Assembly: GCA_013239625.1 (NCBI GenBank)
Contig: MU054129.1
Coordinates: 375,238 to 439,237, forward strand
Reading direction: 5' to 3'
Origin: Lama guanicoe
Taxonomy: Eukaryota
Length of the DNA stretch: 64,000 nucleotides
Position numbers and translations under genes: made by a program. This document shows positions 51,287 to 63,285 of the stretch, one piece after another. A model generated the notes under the pieces. It was given only the letters and a program-made list of their open reading frames with translations. It had not been told where the DNA came from and searched no databases. Numbering within the stretch: position 1 is the first letter of the stretch; each line of letters opens with the position of its first letter.

Positions 51287-52250
51287 AGCCAAAAATGGGC
51301 AGAAGGCCAAACCAAGCAATTCTTAAATGAACACATACAAATGACCAATAGGCACATGAAAAAATGCTCAATCTCACTAATTATCAGAGAAATGCAAATC
51401 AAAACTACAATGAGGTATCACCTCACACCAGCCAGAATGGCCATCATTCAAAAGTCCACCAACAATAAATGCTGGAGAGGCTGTGGAGAAAAGGGAACCC
51501 TCCTACACTGCTGGTGGGAATGTAGTTTGGTGAAGCCACTGTTGAAAAGAGTATGGAGATTCCTCAAAAGACTAAAAATAGACTTACCATATGATCCAGT
51601 AATCCCATTCCTGGGCATATATCCAGAGTTAACCCTAATTCAAAAAGACACCTGCACCCCAGTGTTCATAGCAGCATTATTTACATTCACCAAGACATGG
51701 AAATAGCTTAAATGGCCATCAACAGATGACTGGATATAGAAGTTGCAAAATATTTCTACAATGGAATACTACTCATCCATTAAAAATGATAAAATAATTT
51801 GTAGCAACATGGATGGACCTGGAGAATATCATTCTAGTGAAGTTAGCCAGAAAGAGAAAGAAAAATACCATATGATATCACTCATATGTAGATCTTAAAA
51901 AACACACACACACAAATGGACTTATATATAAAATAAACACAGAGTCACAGACATGGAATACAAACTTGTGGTTGCCAGCGGAGAGGGAGGTGGGAAGGGA
52001 GAAACTGGGAGTTTGAGATTTGCAGATACTGACTGGTGTATATAAAACAGATAAACAAGTTTATATTGTATGGCACAGGGAAGTATATTCAATATCTGTT
52101 AGTAGCTTATGGTGAAAGAGAATATGAAAGTGAACATATGTGTATGTTCATGTATGACTGAGGAATTGTGCTGTGCACCAGAAATTGACACAACATTGTC
52201 AATGGACTATACCTCAGTAAGGAAAGAAAGAAAGAAAAAGAAAAGAGAGA
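51287..52250 (+). mobile_element. 5'-truncated L1 (ORF2 C-terminus and 3' UTR)
   Basis: ORF 51242-51706 contains [35 protein letters not shown]...HCWWEC...DLPYDP; 3' UTR and GAAA-rich tail. Confidence 0.95.
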
Positions 52251-52904
52251 CAAAAAGGATTGAGAGAAAATCACGTAGAAGATGATCAGTGAAGATCCAA
52301 CACACATAGATATCCCTGAGGATGAAAATCAAAGGAACAAGTATTAAAAATGGTATCTCAGGAATTAACTTTGATGAAATGAAAAATGGAGTGTGTATAT
52401 ATATATACACACACATAAAGCCTACATCATATGCCTAGGAGAACTGACCCAAGGTGGCCAACACCAAGGAATATTGTAGTAAAGTGTTAGACTTTAAAGG
52501 AGAAGGAAAGTCCCCTGGGTGTCTGAGCAGTGTCATCAAGGACAGAAAAACTGATCGCCAGCAAGGAAGGAAGTGCAAATTAAGAATTCTGTGCCATTTC
52601 AGTCTTCCAAGAGTCAAGTCTGCTGGCAAGGACTCCAGGAAGACTGTTCCTGAGAAGCAGCTTCTGGGGAGGGGGTGTCCCCTTGGGGCGCCCTCTGAGC
52701 AGAGGGCATCTCTGTGGGGTGGGGGTGAGGGAGCCCTCCAGCGCTTCCTCAGGATCCAGCGGCTGTCTGGGATTGGAGGCCCCCAGGGGCCCCTCCTGCA
52801 GCCTGGCTTGGTCTGGGCCACAGTATCTTCCCTGGCCTTGGTCTTACATGATTCAGGTCTTACTGGTTGAGGCTTTGACTGAGGCCCATGCCGCCCAGTA
52901 CAAG

Positions 52905-53190
52905 TAGAATATGGCCGTGGAGATTGTTTTAAACATCACATTAGAAAAGGAAAAAGAAATAGGGGACATTAATTTTAATAATCAGTTTTATTTAACCCAC
53001 TATGCCCCCAAATTAACAGTTCAGCATACAATCATTATAAAAGCATATTGACATGGGTATCTTAAATTCTTTGTTTTCACATTCAGTTTCTGAAATCTTG
53101 TGTGTCTCAGGCACAGTGAACCTCAGTTCGGACCAGCCATGTTCCCGTTGCTGTATGTGACCGGTGGCTGTGTGGTGGCTAGTGCAGACC
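52905..53190. mobile_element. MER33-like hAT element
   Basis: cacattagaaaaggaaaaagaaatagg...attaattttaataat...ttttatttaaccca...gaaatcttgtgtgt...atgtgaccggtggct. Confidence 0.7.
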
Positions 53191-53700
53191 TGGGCGGGTT
53201 TGTGGACAGTCAGTGTGACAGACTGGGAGGCTGGCTCTGAACGTGCTGGCCTCTCTGTGGTGAGGCTGTACTTGGGAACATCTTCAGGTGCCTTAGGGAT
53301 GCCACCTCAGGCCAACACCTGAGGACACACAGCCTGCCAGCGGGGGGCTGTGGACACATCCCAGTGCTCTCTGCCCCATGAGGGGGTTGGAGGCGAGCAG
53401 TGGACAGTGGGGAGGTGACCACAGTGGAGAAAGGACAGTAGCCCTGGGGGTACAGCCGTGAAAAGGAAGGCATTGCAGGAGCAGTGGAGAGGACGGGCTG
53501 ACTCGGGGTGTGGGCAGCACGCGCGTGTCCCCCGCCAGGCCCCCGTGTGCTCCGGGCCTGGCCAGCGGGCCCCGCGGCGCAGCCCCCTCCCCGTCCCCGC
53601 CGCCCTGCCCACCGCGCCCCCCACCGCCAACCGTGTGGGGGATGGCGGCCGCGGTGCCAGGCCCGGCTCTGCCCTCACCCCACCGCCTCTGGTCCCATGG

Positions 53701-53844
53701 AAGCTGGATGGCCTCCTGGAAATCAGCCGCGTGACCCACACGCTGCTGAGCAGGGGCCTGGCCGGACACTCACCCCCCGCGTCCTCCGGGAGCCCGGCCC
53801 CGGCTTCTCGCCCGCGAGCGCCGCCGCCACCGCCGCCGCGGGGG
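53701..53844 (+). pseudogene. CYFIP1: CYFIP1-derived pseudo-exon (approx. human exon 22), internally deleted and GC-shifted
   Basis: KLDGLLEISRVTHTLLSRGL versus recalled [20 protein letters not shown]; then, after a ~55-60-bp frameshifting deletion, LTPRVLREPGPGFSP versus ITLHVFWELNYDFLP. Acceptor reads tgg; GT at 53845. Lies within a CpG-dense patch at 53450-54010. Confidence 0.85.
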
Positions 53845-56638
53845 GTGCTGGGCACCCCGCCAGCGGGCATCTAGCGGGGTGGTCTCAGGGCCTCCACCCT
53901 GCCCCCCGTCCCCCATCATTTCCCGCGTCCAGGGTGCTCAGGCCCTCCTGGTCTCCCGTGTGAGCAGGTGCAGCCGTGGGCCAGCCCGAGGGGGTGCGGC
54001 GCAGTCGCGGGTCGGCACTGCCCGCACACTTTGAAGTCTGCAGAGGTTGGAACGTGCTGGGCGCCTCTCTTTGGCTTCTACTCTGAGATGTTGGGGAACA
54101 TGAGGATCAGCTGGTCAGCCACCCTCCCACCCACCTACCATTTGACTCCTATATTGAGCAGCACAAAGCGACCCACTGGGTGGGTGGCATGGCTGCTGGC
54201 CACAGGGTCGTGCGGTCCCGCCTCGTGAAGCGGCCCACGTCCTGGGGTGGCCCTGGGGCGGCCCCTGCACTCTGGGCGTCCACCTGCCTGAGGCTCGGCC
54301 CCTCTGCGCCCTGTTCTGTGTCAGCACATGCAGGAGTGTGCGTGTATGTAAGAGTGTGTGAGTAATAGTGACAGCAGTGGGGGAACATGAGTGATGGTGG
54401 GTGTGTAAGAGACTGTGTGCGTGTATGTGAGCGTCTCTGTGAGTGTTATTACCACTGCTTAAAAATAAGTGTCTTTGGCTTTTACTTTGCTTCATTACTG
54501 CATCTGAACATCCCACCACGTGCTGGCTTAATCACAGCTGATGTCTAGGCCTAGATTTTTTTGATCCAGAGGGGCTGAGCTTTGACCCTGAGGGCCGAAG
54601 GGAGGCCCTCCTGCGGCCTGATCGTACCTGTTGTTGCCCTCGTCTGTCTGGGACCCAGAGTGGGGAGGCTGTTCCGGGTGTATGGAGCTGTTCCTCTGAG
54701 CCATTGGCCCAGCCCCAGGCAGCAGAGGGGACATGTGGCCATGGCCACAGGGGCCACAGGTGGAGGAGCCTCCTTGGGTCGGGGGTCCCCACGCCTGGCT
54801 GGGCGTAAGCCACCGGAAGCAAACTTGAGACCACTCATTCCTGTCAGCTCCCTTCTGAGTGCCTACTTTATTAACAGGTGTTTTTAAAGTTGTTATAGTT
54901 AGAATTAACTGAAAAAATATTTTTATTATACAAGTAATTCCCCATAGTTGTAGAAAAGCTAGAATATATATATATACATGGAAATAATTAAATTCCTAAT
55001 GATTTCCATTGTAAAAATGTCTTCTAGCGTTTTTGCCGTATGGTCAAAGACAATGTACTTTTTTATTTTGCAGAAATAGTTGTTAACAAGCATGCTGTTA
55101 AATACACCTTTTCCCCACATGATCTCAAAGGAGAGTAGGCCGTGCCAGCAAGGGTACACACGTGCTTGTTGTGCTTCTGAAAATCTGTTTAAGTCATGGC
55201 CAATGTTTGCAGGATGTTCTTTGTTTAGGTTAGTCCATTTGGAACCTTTGGAATGAATTTCTGTTATGTCCCTTAAATGATTTTTGCCCAGTGCTTAGAA
55301 CTGGCACCTCCAAAGGGGAAACGCAGCAGAACCCCAGTGTCAGCAAGTCCAGAAAATACATTACAGTGGGGGCGGGGGTGGGGAGCAGAGTCGGGTGACA
55401 CGGGAGCTGTGATTTTTGGGTATTACTTTGGGTTGCATTTTTGGTTGTCTAGTGTTTTGTCCCCCTTTTAAGGGATTTCCAGAGAGCTTGCAAGAGGAAC
55501 AGTTGAAATGTTCCCTGGGCCCCCTTTGTGGCCATTGCACTGCGTGCACACATCGCCCACCTGTCCTGGTCATCTTGGTGACATAATTAAGATGGGCCGA
55601 GGCCTCAGAAACACCAGGAGCCATGGAAGGGACTGTGGGGCGGCGGGGGGAGGGGCAGGTGAAAGTGACAAGAGGAGGAACGTTCAGCACGTGCTGTAAA
55701 CCCTTCTGCTGAATCACTGTGTTTCCTGAAAGATGCTTCGGGCATCTGGATGGAAGCTGGGTGAGGAGTGTGGAGTTAGGGAAAGAGATTCTGAGGCTCC
55801 GCCTCTGAGCTGGGCCCACGTGGGTGCCCTCACCCCAACTGTGGCTGATGCTAGGGAACAACCCCGCTGTCCAGGGCCGCCTGTCCTGCTGGTGACAGGA
55901 GCCCCAATCTCAGAGCCAAGGTGGCCAGAACTCAGGTCAGGACCTCTGCCCTCAGTTCCCTGAGCTCAGTTCCCTGAGCCTGCCCTCCATGATGTCTCCA
56001 TCATGTCAGTGAGCAGAAGGCTGCCTTCACCTGGTGCTGCACTGGGAGCCCGCAGGCGGGTCTACAGAGCCAGCCCAAAGCCCAGGCACCTGGAGGCTGG
56101 GCGATCGCTTGGAAACCCAGTGTCATGTGTGTCAGAGCTGCAACCTTGGCACATGTGCTGGCTGGGACCAGCGTGATGTGATCTTGGCCTCCTTGGGCCC
56201 AGAGACCTGGTGTGCAGTTCAGGCAGGCACACACCAGAGCAGCTCTGGGGGCCTCTCCCTTCTATCAGTGCCGGCAAGAGCCATTCTGTATTTTTAGTTC
56301 TTCTGGTGGAACCCTTAATGCTTCATTAGCTGGAAAAGGCATTTTGTGTGTCCAGAGTGAGAACCGCAGTGTGTGCCCGGTGCTTTAATTCCCGCCTCAG
56401 GGCTTCCCGGGAGCCACTTGCAGGAGCCCAGGACTGCCTTTGTTGTCTGGCGTGTCTGCTTGTTTTGCTGCCTATTTCTGATGCATGAGTTGTGCCTGGT
56501 GACTCTGAGAGGGCGCTTAGGTGGCCTGTGACTTCAGTGTAACCCGCACAGCTGCTCACTGTTGACAGTGCTGTAGCCTTGGCAGAAAGCCAGCAGCTGG
56601 GCTCAGAGTCGGGCCTCTGGCTGGAACAGCACCAAAGG

Positions 56639-56678
56639 CGTGGAGCACCACGCCCTGAGTGGGGCGTGGTGCTCCACG
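56639..56678. repeat. Perfect 17-bp inverted repeat with 6-nt spacer
   Basis: cgtggagcaccacgccc-tgagtg-gggcgtggtgctccacg. Confidence 0.95.
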
Positions 56679-57264
56679 AGGCTGTCCCACCACTGGCCGT
56701 GCTCAGGGAGGTGGCTGCCAAGTTTGTCTGCTGGCGTGGTACCATTTTTCTGTTTGAAGTTGGTAAGTAATTTATAAGGAGATAATTTGAGACTTTAAAT
56801 AAGCTGTTTCTTGTTAAAACTTGACCCACTGATTTCGGCACCTGTTGGTGATTCTCACCCAAAGCCGTTCTCACTGTGGTGGCTGAACGGTGGTGATGTG
56901 CGAGCCTTTTCCTTCCATCTACAGGCAGTAGTTGGCATTCTGCTGTGTGTGCTTGTTCGTGCTTATTTATTTGTTTATTTATTGTGAGTGAGGACTCAGG
57001 GATCCTAAAGTGGGGTTATGATCTGTTACTGGCAGGACTTGATTCTGCGGCTCGAGTCAGCCGTGTTTTGGCCAGTGGGATCCCCTCCCGCCTCACCTCT
57101 GTGTCTTCTGGGCTGTCCCCCGGGCTCTGCAGCCCTGCCCTGCCTTCTGCACCACAGGGGCTTCCAGCTTCATCTTGGAATTCTCCTACCTTATCCTTGA
57201 AATCTGTGATTCACCAGGACTCCTTTTAATGGAGAATATTTTAAAATTAAGCCAAGCCTGAGTG

Positions 57265-57606
57265 TTATGTGTGTCCTTGCCTCTGGCCCCACTGGGACTC
57301 TGGGGAAGGACTTCTCTGGAAGGACTTCCCAGGTGTGGCCAGTGGTCCCCAGCCTGCAACCACATCACTCCAGCCCATCTCTGTCTCTGTCTCTGTCGGT
57401 ACATGGTGATTTCCTTCTGTGTCTCTGTCCTCTTCCTGTGAGGTCGTCAGCCCTGTTATATTGGATTAAGGGCACACTCTGCTCCAGAATGACTTCATCT
57501 TGACTAATTACAACTGCAACAACCCTGTGTCTGAATGAGCGCATTCTGCGAGACTGGTGATTAGGGCTACAATTCTGTTTTTGGGGGACACAGCTAAACC
57601 CCTAAT
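57265..57606 (-). mobile_element. MLT1C-type MaLR LTR
   Basis: catcactccag...atattggattaagggcacact...tgacttcatcttgactaattaca...tttttgggggacacag. Confidence 0.75.
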
Positions 57607-57923
57607 GTTTACATGGGCCTCCGTCCATCCTGCTGTCGATTAAAGCCATGCATTCACACTGTGGTCATCAGTTTCCATTCAGCACTGCAGGCTTCAGTTC
57701 CATTTCTGTAACTTCCTTCTACACTGAGGGTTCTTGTTTCATCACTCTTAGTATATTCCCTAATTTGCTCAGTTCTAGGCTGTGCAGAAAGTAGCTTCAG
57801 AATTACTGACCTTACCCCCTGCAAAATGCAAACTACTGACTGGAATTCAGTATTTATTTCCATTATTTTGGTCTTTAGATTGAGAAATACATACAGTCAA
57901 AATATGGTGTTTACCAGTTGTTT

Positions 57924-58060
57924 GGGGGGAGGGTATAGCTCTGTGGTAGAGTGTGTGCTTAGCATGCCCGAACTCCTGCGTTCTGTTCCAGGACCTCCAT
58001 TAAATAAACAAACAAACAAAGTAACGTAATTACCGCCCTCCCCAATTTTTAAAAATAAAC
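57924..58060 (+). mobile_element. Vic-1-type SINE
   Basis: ggggagggtatagctctgtggtagagtgtgtgcttagcatg...; flanking gttgttt repeat at 57917-57923 and 58061-58067. Confidence 0.85.
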
Positions 58061-58827
58061 GTTGTTTAGGATATTGGAGTAACAGTTTGGATATACTCTT
58101 TAGCCTTAAACAAGTGGGACTGTGGACACAATTTATGAAGCAACTGTTTTCACTGGATGTTCCCCTGAGGGAAAGGAAACGAGGGATGTGAACTCTGACT
58201 TCCCTGGCTTTCTGCCTGGAAGCACTTCGGACATCTTGCTCAGAGGAGGAGACAGACTGGAAATTGAGGAAGCCAAAACAGCTGGAATTTGCAAGGCAGA
58301 GTATGGGAGAGGAGAGAGATATGCAGAGAAACAGCTCCTGAGACCAATCTATGGGCCCTTTTTAGTCTTTGCTTGAATATTAAACTCCGTGACTAGGAGA
58401 GGAGGAGCTGCTGTAGGTGGACTAGTTCCCAGAGCTCACAGGGCTTTGCCCGCGAGAACAGAGAAACCTCACTGAGCACCCGGGCACTCGAGAGAGTTGC
58501 CAGAAGGGCCTGTCTCAGTACCAGCCCTCGGGGAGTGACTGCCGCACACCCTGACAGGTCACGAAAGGATCCAGCTGACTTGCAAGCAACTTGGCCATCT
58601 GCCCACAAACACTCAACACTCTTGAAAGGATGAGGGCAAAATCCAGTCACTCAGCAACATGCCACTGCTGTGCAAACGCGCTCAGTGCTGCGGGCCGCTG
58701 CCCACCTCTCAGATGCGCATGTTCACTTCATGCGCTGGTGTTGCTTTGAGAGTTACAACCTTGGTTAATTTCTTAAGGTGCGATATGTGCTAATCAAGGT
58801 CTTAGAATTTAGTAATGAGCAAATCTA

Positions 58828-59549
58828 TATTTTTGTAGTCGATGTATAATTATTTTGCAATGTGCTAGTTGTAGGTGTACAGCATAATGACTCAGTCATA
58901 TATGCATATTTATCTGTTCTTTTTCAGATTATTTTCTACTAAAGCTTATTCTAAGGTATTGAATATAGTTCCCTGTATCATACAGTAGGGCCTTTTTATC
59001 TATTTTACATACAGTAGTTAGTATCTGCTAATCCCCAACTCCCAGTTTAGCCCTCTCTCCACTTCCCCTTGGGTAACCATGCTTTGTTTTCCATCTGTGA
59101 GTCTATTTCTGTTTTGTATATAAGTTCATTTGTATCTTTTTTTTAGATTCCACATATAAGTGATATCATTTGATATTTGTCTTTCTCTGACTTCACTTAC
59201 AATGATGATCTCTAGGTCCATTCATGTTGCTGCAAATGGAATTATTTTATTCTTTTTATGGCTGACTAGTATTCCATTTTATAAATTTTTCTCATATTCT
59301 TTATCTAGTCTTCTATCAATGGACATTTAAGTTGCTTCCATGTTTTGTCTATTGTAAATAGTGTTGCTATGATCACTGGGGTGCATGCATCTTTTCAAGT
59401 TAGAGTTTTCTCCAGATATATGTCCAGGAGTGGGATTGCTGGATCATGTAGTAACTTTATTTTTAGGTCTTTAAGGAATCTCCATACCTTTTTCCATAGT
59501 GGCTGCACCAAACTACATTCCCACCAACAGTGTAGGAGGGTTCCTTTCA
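58828..59549 (-). mobile_element. 5'-truncated L1 3' end
   Basis: Antisense of the same L1 3' end: ttgaatatagttccctgt, catgttgctgcaaatgg, aaactacattcccaccaacagtgtaggaggg. Confidence 0.92.
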
Positions 59550-59629
59550 TATTTTTTTAAATAATGCTTCTTTGCAAAAGTTTTATATGTTTAAACAAAC
59601 CATTCTGATTTGAAAAGAAAGCAGGAGTA

Positions 59630-59785
59630 GGGGAGAGGGTGTAGCTTAGTGGTAGAGTGTGTGCTTAGCATGCATGAGGCCCTGGGTTCAATCCCTAGTA
59701 CCTCCATTAAATAAAGAAGCAAACAAATAAATAAATCTAATTACCTCCCCACTAATAAAGAAAGAAAGGATGGAAGGAAGGAAGG
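59630..59785 (+). mobile_element. Vic-1-type SINE with 11-bp TSD
   Basis: A box gtagcttagtgg, B box gggttcaatcc; TSD aagcaggagta at 59619-59629 and 59786-59796. Confidence 0.92.
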
Positions 59786-59796
59786 AAGCAGGAGTA

Positions 59797-60450
59797 ACTG
59801 TGTAAATGTAAGATAAAGTAGATTTTAGAGCAAAGACTATTACCAGGGATGGGGGGATATTACATAATGATAAAAAGGTCAGGCAAGAAAATACAGAAAT
59901 CCTAAATGTTGATGCACCAAACAACAGAGTTTCAAAACACCTGAAGCAAAAACTGACGTAAGTGGAAGGAGAAATGAACAACTGCACAATTGTAACTGGA
60001 GAAGTCAAACTTCCTCTCACTTAGTAATTGAAAGATTGAGTGCACAGAAAGTCAGCCGAACACCTTCAACCAACAGGACACTATTGGCATGTACAGAACA
60101 CTTCACCCCACAACAGCAGCACAGATTCTTTTTAAGTGCCCATGAGCATTCTCCAAGGTAAACCATATCCTAAAACAGACCTCAAAACAATTAAAAGAAT
60201 TGAAATATTACAGTGTGTTATCTGACCACAGTGAACTCAAACTAGAAATCAGTAACAAAAAGATGACAAGAAAATCTCCAAACACTTGCAGATGAACACA
60301 TTTCTAAATGAACCTTGGGTAAGAGGAAGACTCAAGGGAAATTTTTTAAAAAGACATTGGACTAAATGAAATGCAAATATATCAAAGTGTGCAGGGTGCA
60401 GCTAAAGAAGTGTGTGAGGGAAATGCATAGCACTGAATGCTTGCATTAGG
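59797..60450 (+). mobile_element. Old L1M ORF2 endonuclease-region fragment
   Basis: gataaagtagattttagagcaaag, atgcaccaaacaacagag, aaactagaaatcagtaac, gcagctaaagaagtg. Confidence 0.8.
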
Positions 60451-60942
60451 AGTCTCCATGCTGAGTGTGTACCCTTGTCCTTAGACAAGCTTGGAGGTCC
60501 CCTCTTACAGGAAGCCACCCTGATTTCTTTTACTACCAGCCCACCCTGCATCCCTGAGCATGCAGCTCCCCTACCCCATCAGAGTCTGTCCTGGATGTCT
60601 CCCCCAGGAGACTGGGAGCAGTTCCATGGGGGCAGCAAAGAGGCTGTAAGATAATTTCATTTCTCCTTGCAGGACCTCAAAATGCTTTTGTAGGACCAGC
60701 AGTTTAATAAATGTTGAAAACCAAGTGGTTTTGTGTTCCTTCTGTTTTAGCAAGTTTGTTTTCACGTCTTCAGGTTGAAATCATAGATACCAAGGGGAGT
60801 CTAAGAGGTTCTCCGGATCCCTCCACCTGAGGGCCCTGTGTACTCACACACTTTGGCAAGCAGTTCCTCCTCTTCACGAGCGCATAGGAGCTGCGTTGAA
60901 ATCCTCGAGACTCTGCCAAGCACTGACACTCTCTGTCCCGAG

Positions 60943-61084
60943 CCTTGGAGCCTGGCCTGCTCGGGCATTTACGGCGGCTGCCGCAGCTTCGTGGGCCCCC
61001 GCACTTCCAGGTCGTCTGCCGGCTGCGGGCTACCAGGGCATCGCGGTGGCCAGGGGGGTGCTACTGCAGGTGGCCAGGAGCCTG
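60943..61084 (+). pseudogene. CYFIP1: CYFIP1-derived pseudo-exon (approx. human exon 24)
   Basis: ag| ... |gtgtgt, 142 bp with two 1-nt deletions: [46 protein letters not shown] versus recalled [48 protein letters not shown]. HFQV favours CYFIP1 over CYFIP2 (HFKT). Confidence 0.93.
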
Positions 61085-61296
61085 GTGTGTGCCCCTCCGG
61101 GGTGCGGCCTTCCTGGGGGGGATTCTGCACCCACTTCCTGGGGTGAGTGTAGTGGGGCTTTCCTTTCCAGCCAGTGATTCTCAATCCTAGGTCATCACAG
61201 GGCATTTTATGAACAGACTCCTTTTCCCAAGTCCCTGTCACACCTCGGCCTGTGGGGCAGTGGGGGCTGGTGTCTGACACGGCCCTTCTCCCTCAG

Positions 61297-61385
61297 CTGC
61301 GAGGCATGATCCTACAGTATGAAGGGACACTGATGGAGGTGATGCCCGAGGGGTGCCGGCTGCCTCGCACAAGTATGGCTCCCCA
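61297..61385 (+). pseudogene. CYFIP1: CYFIP1-derived pseudo-exon (approx. human exon 25)
   Basis: ccctcag| ... |gtgagc: LRGMILQYEGTLMEVMPEGCRLP/HKYGSP versus recalled [30 protein letters not shown]; frameshifted. Confidence 0.93.
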
Positions 61386-63285
61386 GTGAGCACGGCACCT
61401 CCTTGGAGGCACGGGGGCAGTGTCAGCCCGGCCGCAGGGAGGGAGACCAAGTGGGCAGTCACTGGCAAGGTTCCCATCTGCTTTCCCCGCTGGGAGGAGG
61501 TGGGGGCCAACCAGAGCCTGAGTGTCTGCAGCCTTTCAGCCAGGAGCAGGCTGCAGGTGAGCGTGTGGGAGTTGTGGGGCGGGGGTGACAGGGCTGTGAA
61601 CCCTGTGCACCTCAGCTCTCCTGCAACACCTGGATCTTGAACATCACTGACCAGTGAGGGGTGGGGAGCTCGACTGCCAGGTCCAGCTGCCCGCCGGGCT
61701 TGACCGGCCCAGGCCTGGGGGCAGCTCCACGCAGGGTGCAGCCCGTCTGTCACATTGGCTGGCCGGCTATCGGGCCCTGGGGCAGGGGTGCCCTGTGGGG
61801 TGCAGCCCTGCACGGCCTGAACAGCACTGGTTTGGGGCTCCCCACCCAAACAGCCTTTGTGAACTCAGAAAGCATCGTCCTTGATAAAACGGGACTGCAG
61901 GAACACTTGTCTCGTACAAAACTGCCTTTTGTCTCATATCCATTAATACTTTCCTGAGAGCTGGATGACTGCCTTGCTAAGCCCACATATGGACCACCCA
62001 TGGGACACTGCCCTGATGGGCAGTCCGCTGGTGAGGTTGAGCCCCCAGGGCTGTTGCTGGTGTCTCAGGAGATGGCGAGGTGACCCATTCGACCGCTGGG
62101 AAGGGAAAGGGCTGTCGGTGAGCCTAGCTCAGGAGCCTGAGTCCATTGTCAGAAACAGATGGTAACACTGGGGTCATAAAAGTGGTGCTCAGATCCTGGC
62201 CAGAGGGGGACATTTTTAATGTCAGAGATGAAACCATTTAGGCCAAATCCAGAGCTGGTCTGGGGCAGAGCTGTGGACATCAGGGTCGCTCCCTACATGT
62301 CCTCACCCCACTGTGTGACCAGGCCCATGGTACCTTGTGTGCCTCGTGTAGATGACACTGTGCTGCTGGGGCACCCTGCTCTTTAGTGCCTGCTGGGGGG
62401 CTACACGTGTGGAGGAACATCCCCCCCGGGAGGGTCTGAGCTCATGCTGGGTGATACTGAGGCCTGGAGGGTGGATGGGGTGGGCGGTGGACCATGAGAG
62501 GAAGCGATGGCCTCTTGGGTGGGCAGGGCCATGGGTCCCTGTGGGTCAGAACTCAGGGCCGACCTGTTGGGATGAGGGGTTTGAAACCTCTTAAGTCTCT
62601 GACTTTGTCCCTCTCGGGGTTGTTTTGGCTTTTCCACGTCTTCTGTGTGACCACCCATTCCAGAGTCAGCTCGGGGAGTCCTGACTGGGTCAGCACTGAC
62701 TGTCGGACTGAGTCAGGGGACATTGACTTTCAATCAAGGCTTCATGCCTTGTGTCTTTTCCTGCCATATCACAATGTCAGGGCCTCCAGGACAGCAGTGG
62801 AGATGCGCTGTCTTGTGCAGGAGCCCTGCGGGAAGCTGTGCAGGTGTCATCGCCCAGTAGGAGTTTAGCTGCAGGGCTCTGGTTTAGTCCTTTATCAGAT
62901 TAAGTACACTCCCCTCTGTGCCCATGAAGTGAGTTTTATCAATTACCTTTCCTACCTCTGCTGGCCATGATGCCTCCTCAGAAGATGCAGGCAAACCTGG
63001 GAGACATGGCGGGTTTGGCTCCAGATCACCGCAAAGAAGCGAGCCCCCTGACTTGTTTGGTTTCCCAGGGCATGCAAAGTTATGTTTACACTAGACTGTA
63101 GTGTGTTAAGTGCATAATAGCATTATGTCTTAAAGAACGTACACACCGTAATTAAAAAACCCTTCATTGCTGAAACATACCAACCAACATCTGAGCCTTC
63201 AGCAAGTTGTGACCTTTTGGCATAGTGACATCCAAGACCACTGCTCACAGGTCACCCTAACAAATATAATAATGAAGTTTAAAAT

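Noticed and set aside
55951..55978. 14-bp tandem duplication ctcagttccctgag x2
   Set aside because: Ordinary slippage-type micro-duplication.
56720..56790. Possible remnant of the missing CYFIP1 FVRTV exon (also near 55450-55490)
   Set aside because: Two different places match equally poorly; chance-level similarity.
61243..61310. Minus-strand look-alike of the preceding EPHB1 exon (AVSDTSPHCPTGRG versus AVYSDKLQHYSTGRG), plus a faint TM-exon look-alike near 62210-62300
   Set aside because: Much weaker than the true EPHB1 exons, and it overlaps the intron and acceptor of a clear plus-strand CYFIP1 exon; treated as chance.
61440..62840. Two loose resemblances to the CYFIP1 CFQNLREVG exon (near 61480 and 62790)
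   Set aside because: The real exon start, with a proper acceptor, is at 63991; these need large gaps and lack boundaries.
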